The notes under the pieces are model-generated. The model was given only the letters and a program-made list of their open reading frames with translations. It was not told where the DNA came from and searched no databases. The translations under genes and the position numbers were made by a program. A DNA stretch of 32,000 nt from Mycolicibacterium smegmatis (GTDB lineage Bacteria > Actinomycetota > Actinomycetes > Mycobacteriales > Mycobacteriaceae), in NCBI RefSeq assembly GCF_001457595.1, contig NZ_LN831039.1, forward strand, positions 6,270,001-6,302,000, read 5' to 3'. Below, one piece after another: positions 8,226 through 18,726 of the stretch (position 1 is its first letter; the number at the start of each line of letters is the position of its first letter).

Positions 8226-8690
8226 TCAGAGACGTTCGCGCACTGCCTGCGAAAGCCGCGCACCGTCGGCCTTGCCTGCGGCGATCGCGGTCGCGGCCTT
8301 CATCACCTGCCCCATCTGACGCATGCTCGGCCGCTCTCCGATCTGCTCGGCCACCTGCGCGATGGCGGTGTCGGCGACGTCGGCGAGTTCGGCCTCGGTC
8401 AGCGGGGTGGGCAGGTACTCGTCGATCACGCGTGCCTCGGCGTGCTCGGTGGCCGCGAGATCCCCTCGGCCGTTCTGGGTGTAGATCTCGGCGGCTTCAC
8501 CGCGCCTGCGGGATTCCCTTGCCAGCACCGCGATCACGTCCTCGTCGGAGAGTTCGCGGGCCTGTTTGCCGGAGACCTCTTCTTTCTGGATGGCCGCGAG
8601 CAGCATCCGCAGCGTGGCCGTGCGCAGCTTGTCCTGAGATTTCATCGCTGCGGTCAGATCGGCGCGCAGCCTGTCCTTGAGTTCGGCCAT
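8226..8690 (-). CDS. GatB/YqeY domain-containing protein
   Basis: MAELKDRLRADLTAAMKSQDKLRTATLRMLLAAIQKEEVSG...VIDEYLPTPLTEAEL...RPSMRQMGQVMKA: YqeY signature. Confidence 0.88.
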   Translation of the reverse strand: MAELKDRLRADLTAAMKSQDKLRTATLRMLLAAIQKEEVSGKQARELSDEDVIAVLARESRRRGEAAEIYTQNGRGDLAATEHAEARVIDEYLPTPLTEAELADVADTAIAQVAEQIGERPSMRQMGQVMKAATAIAAGKADGARLSQAVRERL

Positions 8691-8700
8691 ACGGCCAAAG

Positions 8701-9444
8701 CTACGCCGGGCCCCCGGCGTGAAAGCGTGCATCGACCGATACCGAGATCTTGATGTCCTCGGGTGCGAGTTCCACCTCGGGCGCGCCGCCCGACTTCATG
8801 GCCCGCATCGCGGCGGGTGCGGCGAACGGCCCCTGCGGTTCGCGGCCCAGCATGCCCGCGTCGGCGACCGTCACTGGCCGCACGGCGCCGAGACCCAGCG
8901 CGTCGGCGTAGCGCTGCGCGCGGGTGACGGCGTCACGTACGGCAGCGGTGTGGACGTCGGTGATCAGTTCATCGCGGCGCTTGTCGGTCAGTGCCCATTC
9001 GATGCGCTCGAGCGAGAAGCCACCGGTCTCGGAGATGTGCCTGCCCACCCAGCGGGACAGTTCGGTGAAATCACTGAACTTCACCTGGATGCCGATGCTC
9101 GCGTGGTGCACCAGCGGCAACTGCTTGCCCTCGTTGTTCCACGGGCGGTTGGCCCACGTCCGCATCTGCTGCGTGGACCACCAGGTGACCGGCCCGGAGT
9201 CGGGCCGGTGCAGCGGCTCGAGCGACGCCTTGACGGCGTCGAGATCGCGGACCGTCCGCTCGTAGACCGGCTCGATCGCGGCGCCCTCGTAGGCCACGGT
9301 GGCGTGCACGATTCCCCGCTGCGGTGGCTCGTACACCGTGAAAGACCCGCGCACGATGATCTCGGTGGGCCCGGCTGTCGGCGGCACGCGGGGCACGCTG
9401 GACACGTTGTCAATTCCACCGGTCATGGACAGGATGGTAGCCAT
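8701..9444 (-). CDS. SIMPL (DUF541)-like domain protein
   Basis: TEIIVRGSFTVYEPPQRGIVHATVAYEG...AAVRDAVTRAQRYADALGLGAVRPVTVADAG: SIMPL-type signature. The true start may be ATG at 9426. Confidence 0.7.
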   Translation of the reverse strand: MATILSMTGGIDNVSSVPRVPPTAGPTEIIVRGSFTVYEPPQRGIVHATVAYEGAAIEPVYERTVRDLDAVKASLEPLHRPDSGPVTWWSTQQMRTWANRPWNNEGKQLPLVHHASIGIQVKFSDFTELSRWVGRHISETGGFSLERIEWALTDKRRDELITDVHTAAVRDAVTRAQRYADALGLGAVRPVTVADAGMLGREPQGPFAAPAAMRAMKSGGAPEVELAPEDIKISVSVDARFHAGGPA

Positions 9445-10522
9445 GAGCTTGCGCCCAGGGCCTGACGGCGGGTTCGCCCCGTATCCCCCACCGCAGGCGT
9501 ATCCGGTTCATCCGGGCTACGCATCGGCGCCCGGGTTCGGAGCTCCGGTGCCCGGCATCGTCGCGCTGCGGCCGTTGAGCCTGTCGGACATCTTCAACGG
9601 TGCGGTGGCCTACATCCGCAGGAACCCCAAGGCCACCCTCGGCCTCACGACCATCGTCGTGGTCCTCGCGCAACTCGTCACGCTGCTGCTGCAGGTCGGT
9701 CCACTGGCCGCGATGGGCGGGCTCGGAAGTGAGGTGCAGGGCGAGGCGCCGTCGACGGGAGCGGTCGCGATGTTCTCCGGCGCGACGCTGGCCGGTGTGC
9801 TCGTCACACAACTCGCGTCGGTGTTGCTCACCGGCATGCTCACGGTCATCATCGGACGGTCGATCTTCGGCGGGACCGTCACGATCGGCCAGGCCTGGGA
9901 GCGGCTGCGCGGGCGGCTTCTCGCGCTGATCGGGCTGACACTGCTCGAAGCCGTGGTGCTGCTCGCCGTGGTGCTCGTGGTCATCGGCCTGATCGCGGCG
10001 GCCGGCGCCGTGGGCGGTGCCGTCGCGGCGTTCGTGATGGGTGTTCCCCTGGTGCTGGCGGCGGTGCTCGGCGCGCTGTTCGGCCTCACGGTGCTGTTGT
10101 TCGCACCGGTGCTGATCGTGCTCGAGCGCCTGGACGTATTCGCCGCGATCGCACGGTCTTTCGCACTCGTGAAGACCGGGTTCTGGCGGGTTCTTGGGAT
10201 CTGGCTGCTGGCGAGCCTGGTGGCGTCGGTGATCGCGAGTGCGGTAGGCGCACCGTTCAGCATCGTCGGGCAGCTGCTGACGATGTCCCCCGACGGCGTC
10301 GGCATGTCGATCGTGGGGCTGGTGCTGGTCGCCGTCGGCGGCACGATCGGCCAGATCGTCACCGCACCGTTCGCCGCGGGTGTCGACGTGCTGCTCTACA
10401 CCGACCGCCGAATCCGGGCCGAGGCGTTCGACCTGGTGCTGCGAACCGGCGCCTACACCCCCGCGCCCCCGGCGGCCCCGGCGGAATCGACCGATCAACT
10501 GTGGCTGGTCCGGCACTTCTGA
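9443..10522 (+). CDS. Multi-pass membrane protein (glycerophosphoryl diester phosphodiesterase membrane-domain-like; Rv3689-like)
   Basis: MSLRPGPDGGFAPYPPPQAYPV...RPLSLSDIFNGAVAYIRRNPKATLGLTTIVV, followed by several TM helices. Confidence 0.78.
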   Translation: MSLRPGPDGGFAPYPPPQAYPVHPGYASAPGFGAPVPGIVALRPLSLSDIFNGAVAYIRRNPKATLGLTTIVVVLAQLVTLLLQVGPLAAMGGLGSEVQGEAPSTGAVAMFSGATLAGVLVTQLASVLLTGMLTVIIGRSIFGGTVTIGQAWERLRGRLLALIGLTLLEAVVLLAVVLVVIGLIAAAGAVGGAVAAFVMGVPLVLAAVLGALFGLTVLLFAPVLIVLERLDVFAAIARSFALVKTGFWRVLGIWLLASLVASVIASAVGAPFSIVGQLLTMSPDGVGMSIVGLVLVAVGGTIGQIVTAPFAAGVDVLLYTDRRIRAEAFDLVLRTGAYTPAPPAAPAESTDQLWLVRHF

Positions 10523-10523
10523 G

Positions 10524-11174
10524 GTGACGACAATCGACATCGACAGAGACGCCGCACACGACGCTGCGCAGAACGAGCTCAACAAACCGATCTACCCCAG
10601 ATCGTCTCTCACCCAACAGTTCCTCGACTGGATCGACGAGCTGTTGTACCGGCTGGCGTACGAGGGGTCGACGGTTCCGGGTGGGTGGTTCACCATCAGC
10701 GTGCTCGCGATCCTGGTCGTGGTGGCCGTGCTCGTGGCAGTGCGCATGGCCCGGCGCGCCATGCGCACCAACCGCGACGCGCACACGCTGTTCGGCCGCA
10801 CCGAGCTCAGTGCCGCCGAACACCGCCAGACCGCCGACGGGTATGCCGCGCAAGAAAACTGGGCCGCAGCCATCCGGCACCGGCTGCGAGCGGTGGCCCG
10901 GCACCTGGAGGAGACCGGCACACTGAACCCCGTCCCGGGCCGCACGGCCACCGAACTCGCGCGTGACGCGGGCGCCGCGCTTCCCGCCCTTGCCGGTGAA
11001 CTCGCCGCGGCGGCAACGACCTTCAACGATGTCACCTACGGCGAACAACCGGGCACCGAAGACGACTACCGGCGGATCGCCGACCTCGACGGCCGGCTGC
11101 TGCACGCGGGTCACCGTGCGGCCGGATCGATGCCGTCGATTCCCGCCGACAGCGGATGGACGCAGGTCCGATGA
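10524..11174 (+). CDS. DUF4129 domain-containing protein
   Basis: GTG start, one TM helix, then ENWAAAIRHRLRAVARHLEETGTLNPVPGRTATELARDAG, the characteristic DUF4129 core. Same gene order as the Rv3689-Rv3695 locus. Confidence 0.78.
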   Translation: MTTIDIDRDAAHDAAQNELNKPIYPRSSLTQQFLDWIDELLYRLAYEGSTVPGGWFTISVLAILVVVAVLVAVRMARRAMRTNRDAHTLFGRTELSAAEHRQTADGYAAQENWAAAIRHRLRAVARHLEETGTLNPVPGRTATELARDAGAALPALAGELAAAATTFNDVTYGEQPGTEDDYRRIADLDGRLLHAGHRAAGSMPSIPADSGWTQVR

Positions 11175-12273
11175 AGATTCGCAACCTGCGCTGGATCGTG
11201 CCCACCGCTGTGGTCATCGTCGTGCTCGCGGTGCTGACCGTGTACCTGACCGCACCCCGGCCCGGTGGCCGCATGGATCCGGACTCGACGTCCCCTGAGG
11301 GCGCCCGCGCGCTCGTGACACTGTTGCGCGACCACGGCGTCGACGTGATCACCGCGACCGGCATCGACGACGTCGAACGCGATGCACGCCCGGGCACACT
11401 GCTGGTGGCGGCCCAGACGCTGTTCCTGTCCGGGGACGACCAACTGGAGCGGCTGTCGCAGGTTCCCGGGGATCTGCTACTGGTCGAACCGACCACCAAG
11501 ACCCGCGAGAAGCTCGCGCCCGCAATACGTCCCGACGACGCCGCGGCGTTCGGCGGCGGTGAACCGGACTGCGACCTGCCCGAGGCCCGCCGCGCCGGCG
11601 AGACACAACTGGGGCTCAGCAACACCTTCAAGGCGGCAGGCGACATCCCGGTGCAGCGATGCTACGACGGCGCGGTGGTGCGCTACCGCGACGGCAAACG
11701 CACCGTCACCGTGGTCGGCACCGCCGAGTTCATGTCGAACTCCGGTCTGCTCAAAGAGGGAAACGCCGCGCTGGCGATGAACCTCGCGGGCGACCGGGAC
11801 CGCGTGATCTGGTATGCGCCGCAGAAGTTCGAGGGCACCTCGACCGGTGACCGCAAGCTCTCGGATTTGATGCCCGACCAGGTCCGCTGGATCGTCCTGC
11901 AACTGTGCGTCGTGGTCGCGCTGCTCGCGCTGTGGCAGGCCCGCCGCCTCGGTCCCCTGGTCGCCGAATCACTGCCCGTCGTGGTGCGTGCATCCGAGAC
12001 CGTCGAGGGCCGCGGCAAGCTGTACCGCTCGCACCGCGCGCGTGACCGCGCGGCCGACGCGTTGCGCACCGCCACCCTGCAACGTCTGCTGCCCCGCCTC
12101 GGTCTCACCGCCCAGGCGGATCAGGCCGCTGTGGCGGCCGCGGTCGCCGTACGCTGCGGGCAGGATTCCCAGACCGTGGGATACACCCTGTTCGGCCCAC
12201 CGCCGGGCACCGACGACGAACTTGTCCACCTCGCCCATCGACTCGACGACATCGAAAGGCAGGTCGCGCACTC

Positions 12274-12277
<4 letters not shown>
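11171..12277 (+). CDS. DUF4350 domain-containing membrane protein
   Basis: MKIRNLRWIVPTAVVIVVLAVLTVYLTAPRPGGRMDPDSTSPEGARALVTLLRDHGVDV...: ABC-2-like GIF subunit fold plus a C-terminal TM helix. ATGA overlap with the preceding gene. Confidence 0.78.
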
Positions 12278-13244
<967 letters not shown>

Positions 13245-13245
<1 letters not shown>

Positions 13246-14567
13246 TGGTGCTCACCGGCCGCACCGGCCTGGTCGCGTTGGTGTGTGTCCTGCCCATTGC
13301 AGTGTCACCTTGGCCGGCAACAGCGTTCGGTGCGCTGCTGGTCCTGCTGCTGGCGGCGGTCGGCGCCGACGTCGCACTCGCGGGCAGTCCGCGCCGGCTG
13401 CACGTGCAGCGCGGCGGCGACCACACGGCCCGGTTGGGCCAGACCGTCGACACCGTCGTCGAGATCCACAACCCCGGACGGCGCCCGGTCCGCGGCCAGG
13501 TTCGGGACGCGTGGCCGCCCAGTGCGTGCGCGCAGCCCCGCGTGCACCCGCTGGATGCCGCTGCCGCCGAACAGGTTCGGCTGGTCACCCGGTTGCAGCC
13601 CGTGCGCCGCGGTGATCAACGCTCCGAGACCGTCACGGTCCGGTCGATCGGCCCGCTGGGGCTGGCCGGCAGGCAGGCCGTGCACCGTGTACCGCACCAG
13701 GTGCGGATCTTGCCGCCGTTTCTGTCCCGCAAGCATTTACCGTCACGTCTGGCACGGCTGCGTGAACTCGACGGTGCCATCCCGGTTCTCATCCGTGGAC
13801 AGGGCACGGAGTTCGACTCGCTGCGCGAATACGTCGTCGGCGACGACGTGCGGTCCATCGACTGGCGCGCGACGGCCCGGCGCGCCGACGTCGTCGTGCG
13901 CACGTGGCGCCCCGAACGCGACCGGCGCGTGGTGATCGTCCTCGACACCGGGCGCACGTCGGCGGGCCGTGTCGGTGTGGACCCCACCGCGAGCGATCCG
14001 GGCGGGTGGCCGCGACTCGACTGGTCGATGGACGCCGCGCTGTTGCTCGCCGCGCTCGCCTCCCGTGCCGGTGACCACGTCGATTTCCTGGCGTTCGACC
14101 GTGTCACCCGCGCCGGGGTGTTCAACGCGTCGCGCACCGAGTTGATGTCCGCGCTCGTCGGCGCGATGGCCCCGCTGCAACCCGCGCTGGTGGAATCGGA
14201 TGCCACTGCACTGGTTTCGACGATCACGCGCCGCGTGCGCGGACGCTCGCTCGTGGTACTGCTGACCGATCTCAACGCGTCCGCGCTCGACGAGGGGCTC
14301 ATGGCGGTGCTGCCGCAGTTGTCGGCGCGTCACCAGATCCTTCTCGCCGCGGTGTCCGATCCGCGTGTCGACGATCTCGCCGCGGGCCGCTCCGATGCGG
14401 CGGCCGTGTACGACGCCGCGGCCGCCGAGCGTTCCCGCAACGACCGTCGCGCGATCGCGGCGCGGTTACGCCGCCGCGGTGTCGACGTGGTCGATGCCCC
14501 GCCGGAAGATCTGGCGCCCGCCCTGGCCGATCACTACCTGGCGCTCAAGGCCACCGGAAAGCTCTGA
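13245..14567 (+). CDS. DUF58 domain-containing protein (vWA-like, MoxR partner)
   Basis: EFDSLREYVVGDDVRSIDWRATARRADVVVRTWRPERDRRVVIVLDTGRTSAGR: DUF58 core. TGATG overlap with moxR. Confidence 0.88.
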
Positions 14568-14571
14568 GCCG

Positions 14572-15564
14572 TCACGCCGTCGGCGCGTAGTCGGGCGCGT
14601 CCTCGATGTCGCCGCTCTCGCCCGCGCGTACGGCCTTGCGGCCGAAGTGGACCACGTATGCCAGGAACGCAACCTCGACGGCGACGCCGATCCCGATGCG
14701 CATGAACGTCGGCAGCGGTGACGGGGTGACGAGCGCCTCGACCAGACCGGAGACCAGCAGGACCACCACCAGACCGATGGCCACCGGCACCACGGCGCGG
14801 CCCTGTTCGGCGAGCGCCTGTGTGCGCGGCCGGTCCCCCGGCGCGATCACCGTCCAGCCCAGGCGCATTCCCACGGCACCGGCCAAAAACACCGCGGTGA
14901 GTTCCAGCAGACCGTGCGGGGTGATCAGACCCATGAACACATCGCCGGCACCGGCGTCGAACATCAGGCCCGCGATCAACCCGAGGTTCGCGGCGTTCTG
15001 GAACAGGATGTAGGGAATCGGCAGGCCGAGCAGGATCGCGAACCCGATGCACTGCGCGGCGACCCACGCGTTGTTGACCCACACCCGCAGCGCGAACGAT
15101 CCGGCCGGGTTCTCGCTGTAGTACGACGCGAAATCGTGGTTGACCAATTCCTCGATCTCGCTGGGGGTTCCGATGGCCGAGTGCACCTCGGGGTTGCCCG
15201 CCACCCACATCGCCAGCGCGATCGTCACGATGAAGAACCCGATGGCCGTGCCCAGCCACCACCGCCAGGACCGGTACGCCACCACCGGGAACGAGACCGT
15301 CCAGAACCGGAGGAACTCGCGCCACAGCGGCGCGTGGGCACCGGTGACCGCGGCGCGCGCCCGGGCCACCAGACCTGACAACCGACCGACGAGCACGGCG
15401 TCGGCCGACGCCGAGCGCACCATCGACAGGTGCGTCGACACCCGCTGATACAGGTCGACGAGTTCGTCCACCTCGGCGCCGGTGAGCCGGCGCCGGCGTT
15501 TCACCAGCTGTTCCAGGCGGTCCCAGGTGGCACGATGGGCCAGCACGAACGCATCGACATCCAC
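14572..15564 (-). CDS. SpoIIM-like (stage II sporulation protein M family) membrane protein
   Basis: MDVDAFVLAHRATWDRLEQLVKRRRRLTGAEVDELVDLYQRVSTHLS...: typical DUF95/SpoIIM N-terminus. Multiple TM helices, GLITPHGLLELTAVFLAG. Confidence 0.88.
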   Translation of the reverse strand: MDVDAFVLAHRATWDRLEQLVKRRRRLTGAEVDELVDLYQRVSTHLSMVRSASADAVLVGRLSGLVARARAAVTGAHAPLWREFLRFWTVSFPVVAYRSWRWWLGTAIGFFIVTIALAMWVAGNPEVHSAIGTPSEIEELVNHDFASYYSENPAGSFALRVWVNNAWVAAQCIGFAILLGLPIPYILFQNAANLGLIAGLMFDAGAGDVFMGLITPHGLLELTAVFLAGAVGMRLGWTVIAPGDRPRTQALAEQGRAVVPVAIGLVVVLLVSGLVEALVTPSPLPTFMRIGIGVAVEVAFLAYVVHFGRKAVRAGESGDIEDAPDYAPTA

Positions 15565-15597
15565 TCGGCCGAGCTTAATCGCCTAACGTGGGGCGTT

Positions 15598-16521
15598 ATG
15601 GTCTCCCAGCCCGAGCCGGTGGTGACCGGGGACGCCGTGGTCCTGGACGTGTCGATCGCGCAGCTACCCGTTCGTGTACTGGCGATCCTCATCGACATCT
15701 TCGCGATCTTCATCTTCTACGTGGTCGGTGTGCTGCTGTGGTCGATCACGCTGACCCAGTTGGACGAGGCGTTGTCCGCGGCGATCCTGATCATCTTCAC
15801 GGTGCTGGCCATCGTCGGCTATCCGGTGATCATGGAGACCGCCACGCGCGGCCGGTCCCTGGGCAAGATGGCGCTGGGGTTGCGGGTGGTGTCCGAGGAC
15901 GGCAGCCCGGAACGCTTCCGTCAGGCGCTGTTTCGCGGTATCTCGGGCTTCATCGAGATCTGGATGCTGACCGGTGGCCCCGCGGTGATCTGCAGTCTGC
16001 TGTCGTCGAAAGGCAAACGTATCGGCGACATCTTCGCCGGGACGGTCGTGATCAGCGAGCGTGGGCCACGCATGCAACCGCCGCCGGCCATGCCGCCCGC
16101 CCTGGCGTGGTGGGCGTCGTCGTTGCAGTTGTCCGGGCTGGGACCCGAGCAAGCCGAACTCGCGCGGCAGTACCTGAACCGTGCGCAGCATCTCGACCCC
16201 CGCATCCGCGACATGATGGGCCAGCGCATCCTCGGCGAGGTGGCGTCGCGGATCTCCCCACCGCCCCCGCCGGGCGCGCCGCCGCAGTACGTGCTGGCGG
16301 CCGTGCTCGCCGAGCGGCACCGCCGCGAACTGGCGCGGCTGATGCCGACGCCGCCTCCTCCGCCATCTCCGCCGACGACGCCGCCGTGGAGCCCGCCGGG
16401 ATATCCCGCGGCCGGCTACCCGCCGCAACCGCCGGTGCCCGCCTATTCACCGCCTCCGGCGGTGCCGGCTCATTCACCGCCTCAGCAACCCTCCGCTGGG
16501 GGTTTCGCCCCGCCCGGGTGA
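15598..16521 (+). CDS. RDD family membrane protein with Pro-rich C-terminus
   Basis: VSIAQLPVRVLAILIDIFAIFIFYVVGVLLW...RGRSLGKMALGLRVVSEDG: RDD motif. C-terminus PPPPPSPPTTPPWSPPGYPAAGYPPQPP. Confidence 0.85.
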   Translation: MVSQPEPVVTGDAVVLDVSIAQLPVRVLAILIDIFAIFIFYVVGVLLWSITLTQLDEALSAAILIIFTVLAIVGYPVIMETATRGRSLGKMALGLRVVSEDGSPERFRQALFRGISGFIEIWMLTGGPAVICSLLSSKGKRIGDIFAGTVVISERGPRMQPPPAMPPALAWWASSLQLSGLGPEQAELARQYLNRAQHLDPRIRDMMGQRILGEVASRISPPPPPGAPPQYVLAAVLAERHRRELARLMPTPPPPPSPPTTPPWSPPGYPAAGYPPQPPVPAYSPPPAVPAHSPPQQPSAGGFAPPG

Positions 16522-16533
16522 GTGGGACATCAC

Positions 16534-16571
16534 TGTCTCATTTTGAATCGCCGGTGCTATATTTTGATACA
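16534..16571. promoter_or_regulatory. Candidate LfrR operator / lfrR promoter region
   Basis: TGTCTCA(16534-16540)...TGATACA(16565-16571) imperfect inverted repeat, plus a direct ATTTTGA repeat at 16540 and 16561 (21-bp phasing), in an AT-rich patch immediately before lfrR. Confidence 0.4.
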
Positions 16572-17140
16572 TGACCAGCCCGAGCATCGAGAGCGGCGCG
16601 CGTGAACGCACACGTCGCGCGATCCTTGATGCCGCCATGCTGGTCCTGGCCGATCACCCCACCGCCGCACTCGGCGACATCGCCGCGGCCGCCGGGGTCG
16701 GACGCAGCACGGTGCACCGCTACTACCCGGAGCGCACCGACCTGCTGCGCGCGCTGGCCCGCCACGTCCACGACCTGAGCAACGCCGCGATCGAGCGCGC
16801 CGACCCGACCAGCGGTCCTGTCGACGCCGCGCTGCGCCGGGTCGTCGAGAGCCAGCTCGACCTGGGCCCGATCGTGCTGTTCGTCTACTACGAGCCCTCG
16901 ATCCTGGCCGATCCTGAACTCGCGGCCTACTTCGACATCGGGGACGAGGCCATCGTCGAGGTGCTCAACCGCGCGTCGACCGAGAGGCCCGAATATCCCC
17001 CAGGGTGGGCGCGACGGGTGTTCTGGGCACTGATGCAGGCCGGTTATGAGGCAGCCAAGGACGGCATGCCGCGTCACCAGATCGTCGACGCCATCATGAC
17101 CAGCCTGACCTCGGGCATCATCACCCTGCCGCGCACCTGA
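16571..17140 (+). CDS. lfrR: TetR-family repressor LfrR
   Basis: MTSPSIESGARERTRRAILDAAMLVLADHPTAALGDIAAAAGVGRSTVHRYYPERTDLL: TetR HTH. 189 aa, directly upstream of an LfrA-like pump. Confidence 0.88.
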   Translation: MTSPSIESGARERTRRAILDAAMLVLADHPTAALGDIAAAAGVGRSTVHRYYPERTDLLRALARHVHDLSNAAIERADPTSGPVDAALRRVVESQLDLGPIVLFVYYEPSILADPELAAYFDIGDEAIVEVLNRASTERPEYPPGWARRVFWALMQAGYEAAKDGMPRHQIVDAIMTSLTSGIITLPRT

Positions 17141-17211
17141 TCGGCGTCACTCCGCCGCGACGCACCCAAACCCTTTTTCACACCCCTTTTTTCCGTACAG
17201 GAGCTCTTCTC

Positions 17212-18726
17212 ATGTCCACCTGCATCGAGGGCACGCCGTCGACGACCAGGACGCCCACGCGCGCCTGGGTGGCGCTGGCCGTCCTCGCACTTCCGGTGCT
17301 GCTCATCGCGATCGACAACACCGTGCTGGCGTTCGCGTTGCCGCTGATCGCCGAGGACTTCCGCCCGTCGGCCACCACGCAGCTGTGGATCGTCGACGTG
17401 TACTCACTGGTGCTGGCCGCGCTGCTGGTCGCCATGGGCAGCCTCGGCGACCGACTGGGCCGCCGCAGGCTGCTGCTCATCGGCGGGGCCGGGTTCGCGG
17501 TGGTCTCGGCGCTGGCGGCCTTCGCCCCGAGCGCCGAGTTGCTGGTGGGAGCGCGCGCACTTCTCGGTGTGTTCGGCGCGATGCTGATGCCTTCGACGCT
17601 GTCGTTGATCCGCAACATCTTCACCGACGCGTCGGCGCGGCGGTTGGCCATCGCGATCTGGGCGTCGTGTTTCACCGCGGGTTCCGCGCTGGGCCCGATC
17701 GTCGGCGGCGCGCTGCTGGAGCATTTCCACTGGGGCGCAGTGTTCCTGGTGGCGGTGCCGATCCTGTTGCCGCTGCTGGTCCTCGGCCCGCGTCTGGTGC
17801 CCGAATCGCGTGATCCCAATCCGGGCCCGTTCGATCCCGTGAGCATCGTGCTGTCGTTCACGACCATGCTGCCCATCGTGTGGGCGGTCAAAACCGCGGC
17901 GCACGACGGTCTGTCGTCGGCGGCCGCGGCCGCGTTCGCCGTGGGCATCGTCTCGGGTGCGTTGTTCGTGCGACGGCAGAACCGCAGTGCCACACCGATG
18001 CTCGATATCGGCCTGTTCAAGGTCATGCCGTTCACGTCGTCGATCCTGGCGAACTTCCTGTCGATCATCGGCCTGATCGGGTTCATCTTCTTCATCTCGC
18101 AGCACCTTCAGTTGGTGCTGGGCCTGTCCCCGCTCACCGCCGGCCTGGTGACGCTGCCGGGTGCCGTGGTGTCGATGATCGCCGGCCTGGCCGTGGTGAA
18201 GGCCGCCAAACGCTTCGCACCCGACACCCTGATGGTCACGGGCCTGGTGTTCGTGGCGGTCGGGTTCCTGATGATCCTGTTGTTCCGCCACAACCTCACG
18301 GTGGCCGCGATCATCGCGTCGTTCGTGGTGCTCGAGCTCGGCGTCGGCGTCTCGCAGACCGTGTCCAACGACACCATCGTGGCGTCGGTTCCCGCCGCGA
18401 AATCCGGTGCGGCGTCCGCGGTTTCCGAGACGGCCTACGAGCTGGGCGCCGTGGTGGGCACAGCGACGCTGGGCACGATCTTCACGGCGTTCTACCGCAG
18501 CAACGTCGACGTGCCCGCGGGCCTGACGCCCGAGCAGACCGGTGCGGCGGCCGAGAGCATCGGCGGTGCGGCCGCGGTGGCAGCGGATCTGCCAGCCGCC
18601 ACCGCCACGCAGCTTCTCGATTCGGCCCGTGCGGCGTTCGATTCGGGTATCGCCCCGACCGCGGTGATCGCCGCGATGCTGGTGCTGGCCGCCGCCGCGG
18701 TGGTGGGTGTGGCGTTCAGGCGCTGA
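17212..18726 (+). CDS. lfrA: MFS (DHA2, 14-TM) multidrug efflux pump LfrA
   Basis: MSTCIEGTPSTTRTPTRAWVALAVLALPVLLIAIDNTVLAFALPLIAEDFRPSATTQLWIVDVYSL...GSLGDRLGRRRLLLIG. 504 aa, the length I recall for M. smegmatis LfrA. Confidence 0.92.
   Translation: MSTCIEGTPSTTRTPTRAWVALAVLALPVLLIAIDNTVLAFALPLIAEDFRPSATTQLWIVDVYSLVLAALLVAMGSLGDRLGRRRLLLIGGAGFAVVSALAAFAPSAELLVGARALLGVFGAMLMPSTLSLIRNIFTDASARRLAIAIWASCFTAGSALGPIVGGALLEHFHWGAVFLVAVPILLPLLVLGPRLVPESRDPNPGPFDPVSIVLSFTTMLPIVWAVKTAAHDGLSSAAAAAFAVGIVSGALFVRRQNRSATPMLDIGLFKVMPFTSSILANFLSIIGLIGFIFFISQHLQLVLGLSPLTAGLVTLPGAVVSMIAGLAVVKAAKRFAPDTLMVTGLVFVAVGFLMILLFRHNLTVAAIIASFVVLELGVGVSQTVSNDTIVASVPAAKSGAASAVSETAYELGAVVGTATLGTIFTAFYRSNVDVPAGLTPEQTGAAAESIGGAAAVAADLPAATATQLLDSARAAFDSGIAPTAVIAAMLVLAAAAVVGVAFRR

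Noticed and set aside
17141-17211. Second LfrR operator between lfrR and lfrA
   Set aside because: I looked for dyads in the 71-bp gap and saw only C/T-rich runs (cccttttt, cccctttttt) with no convincing palindrome.
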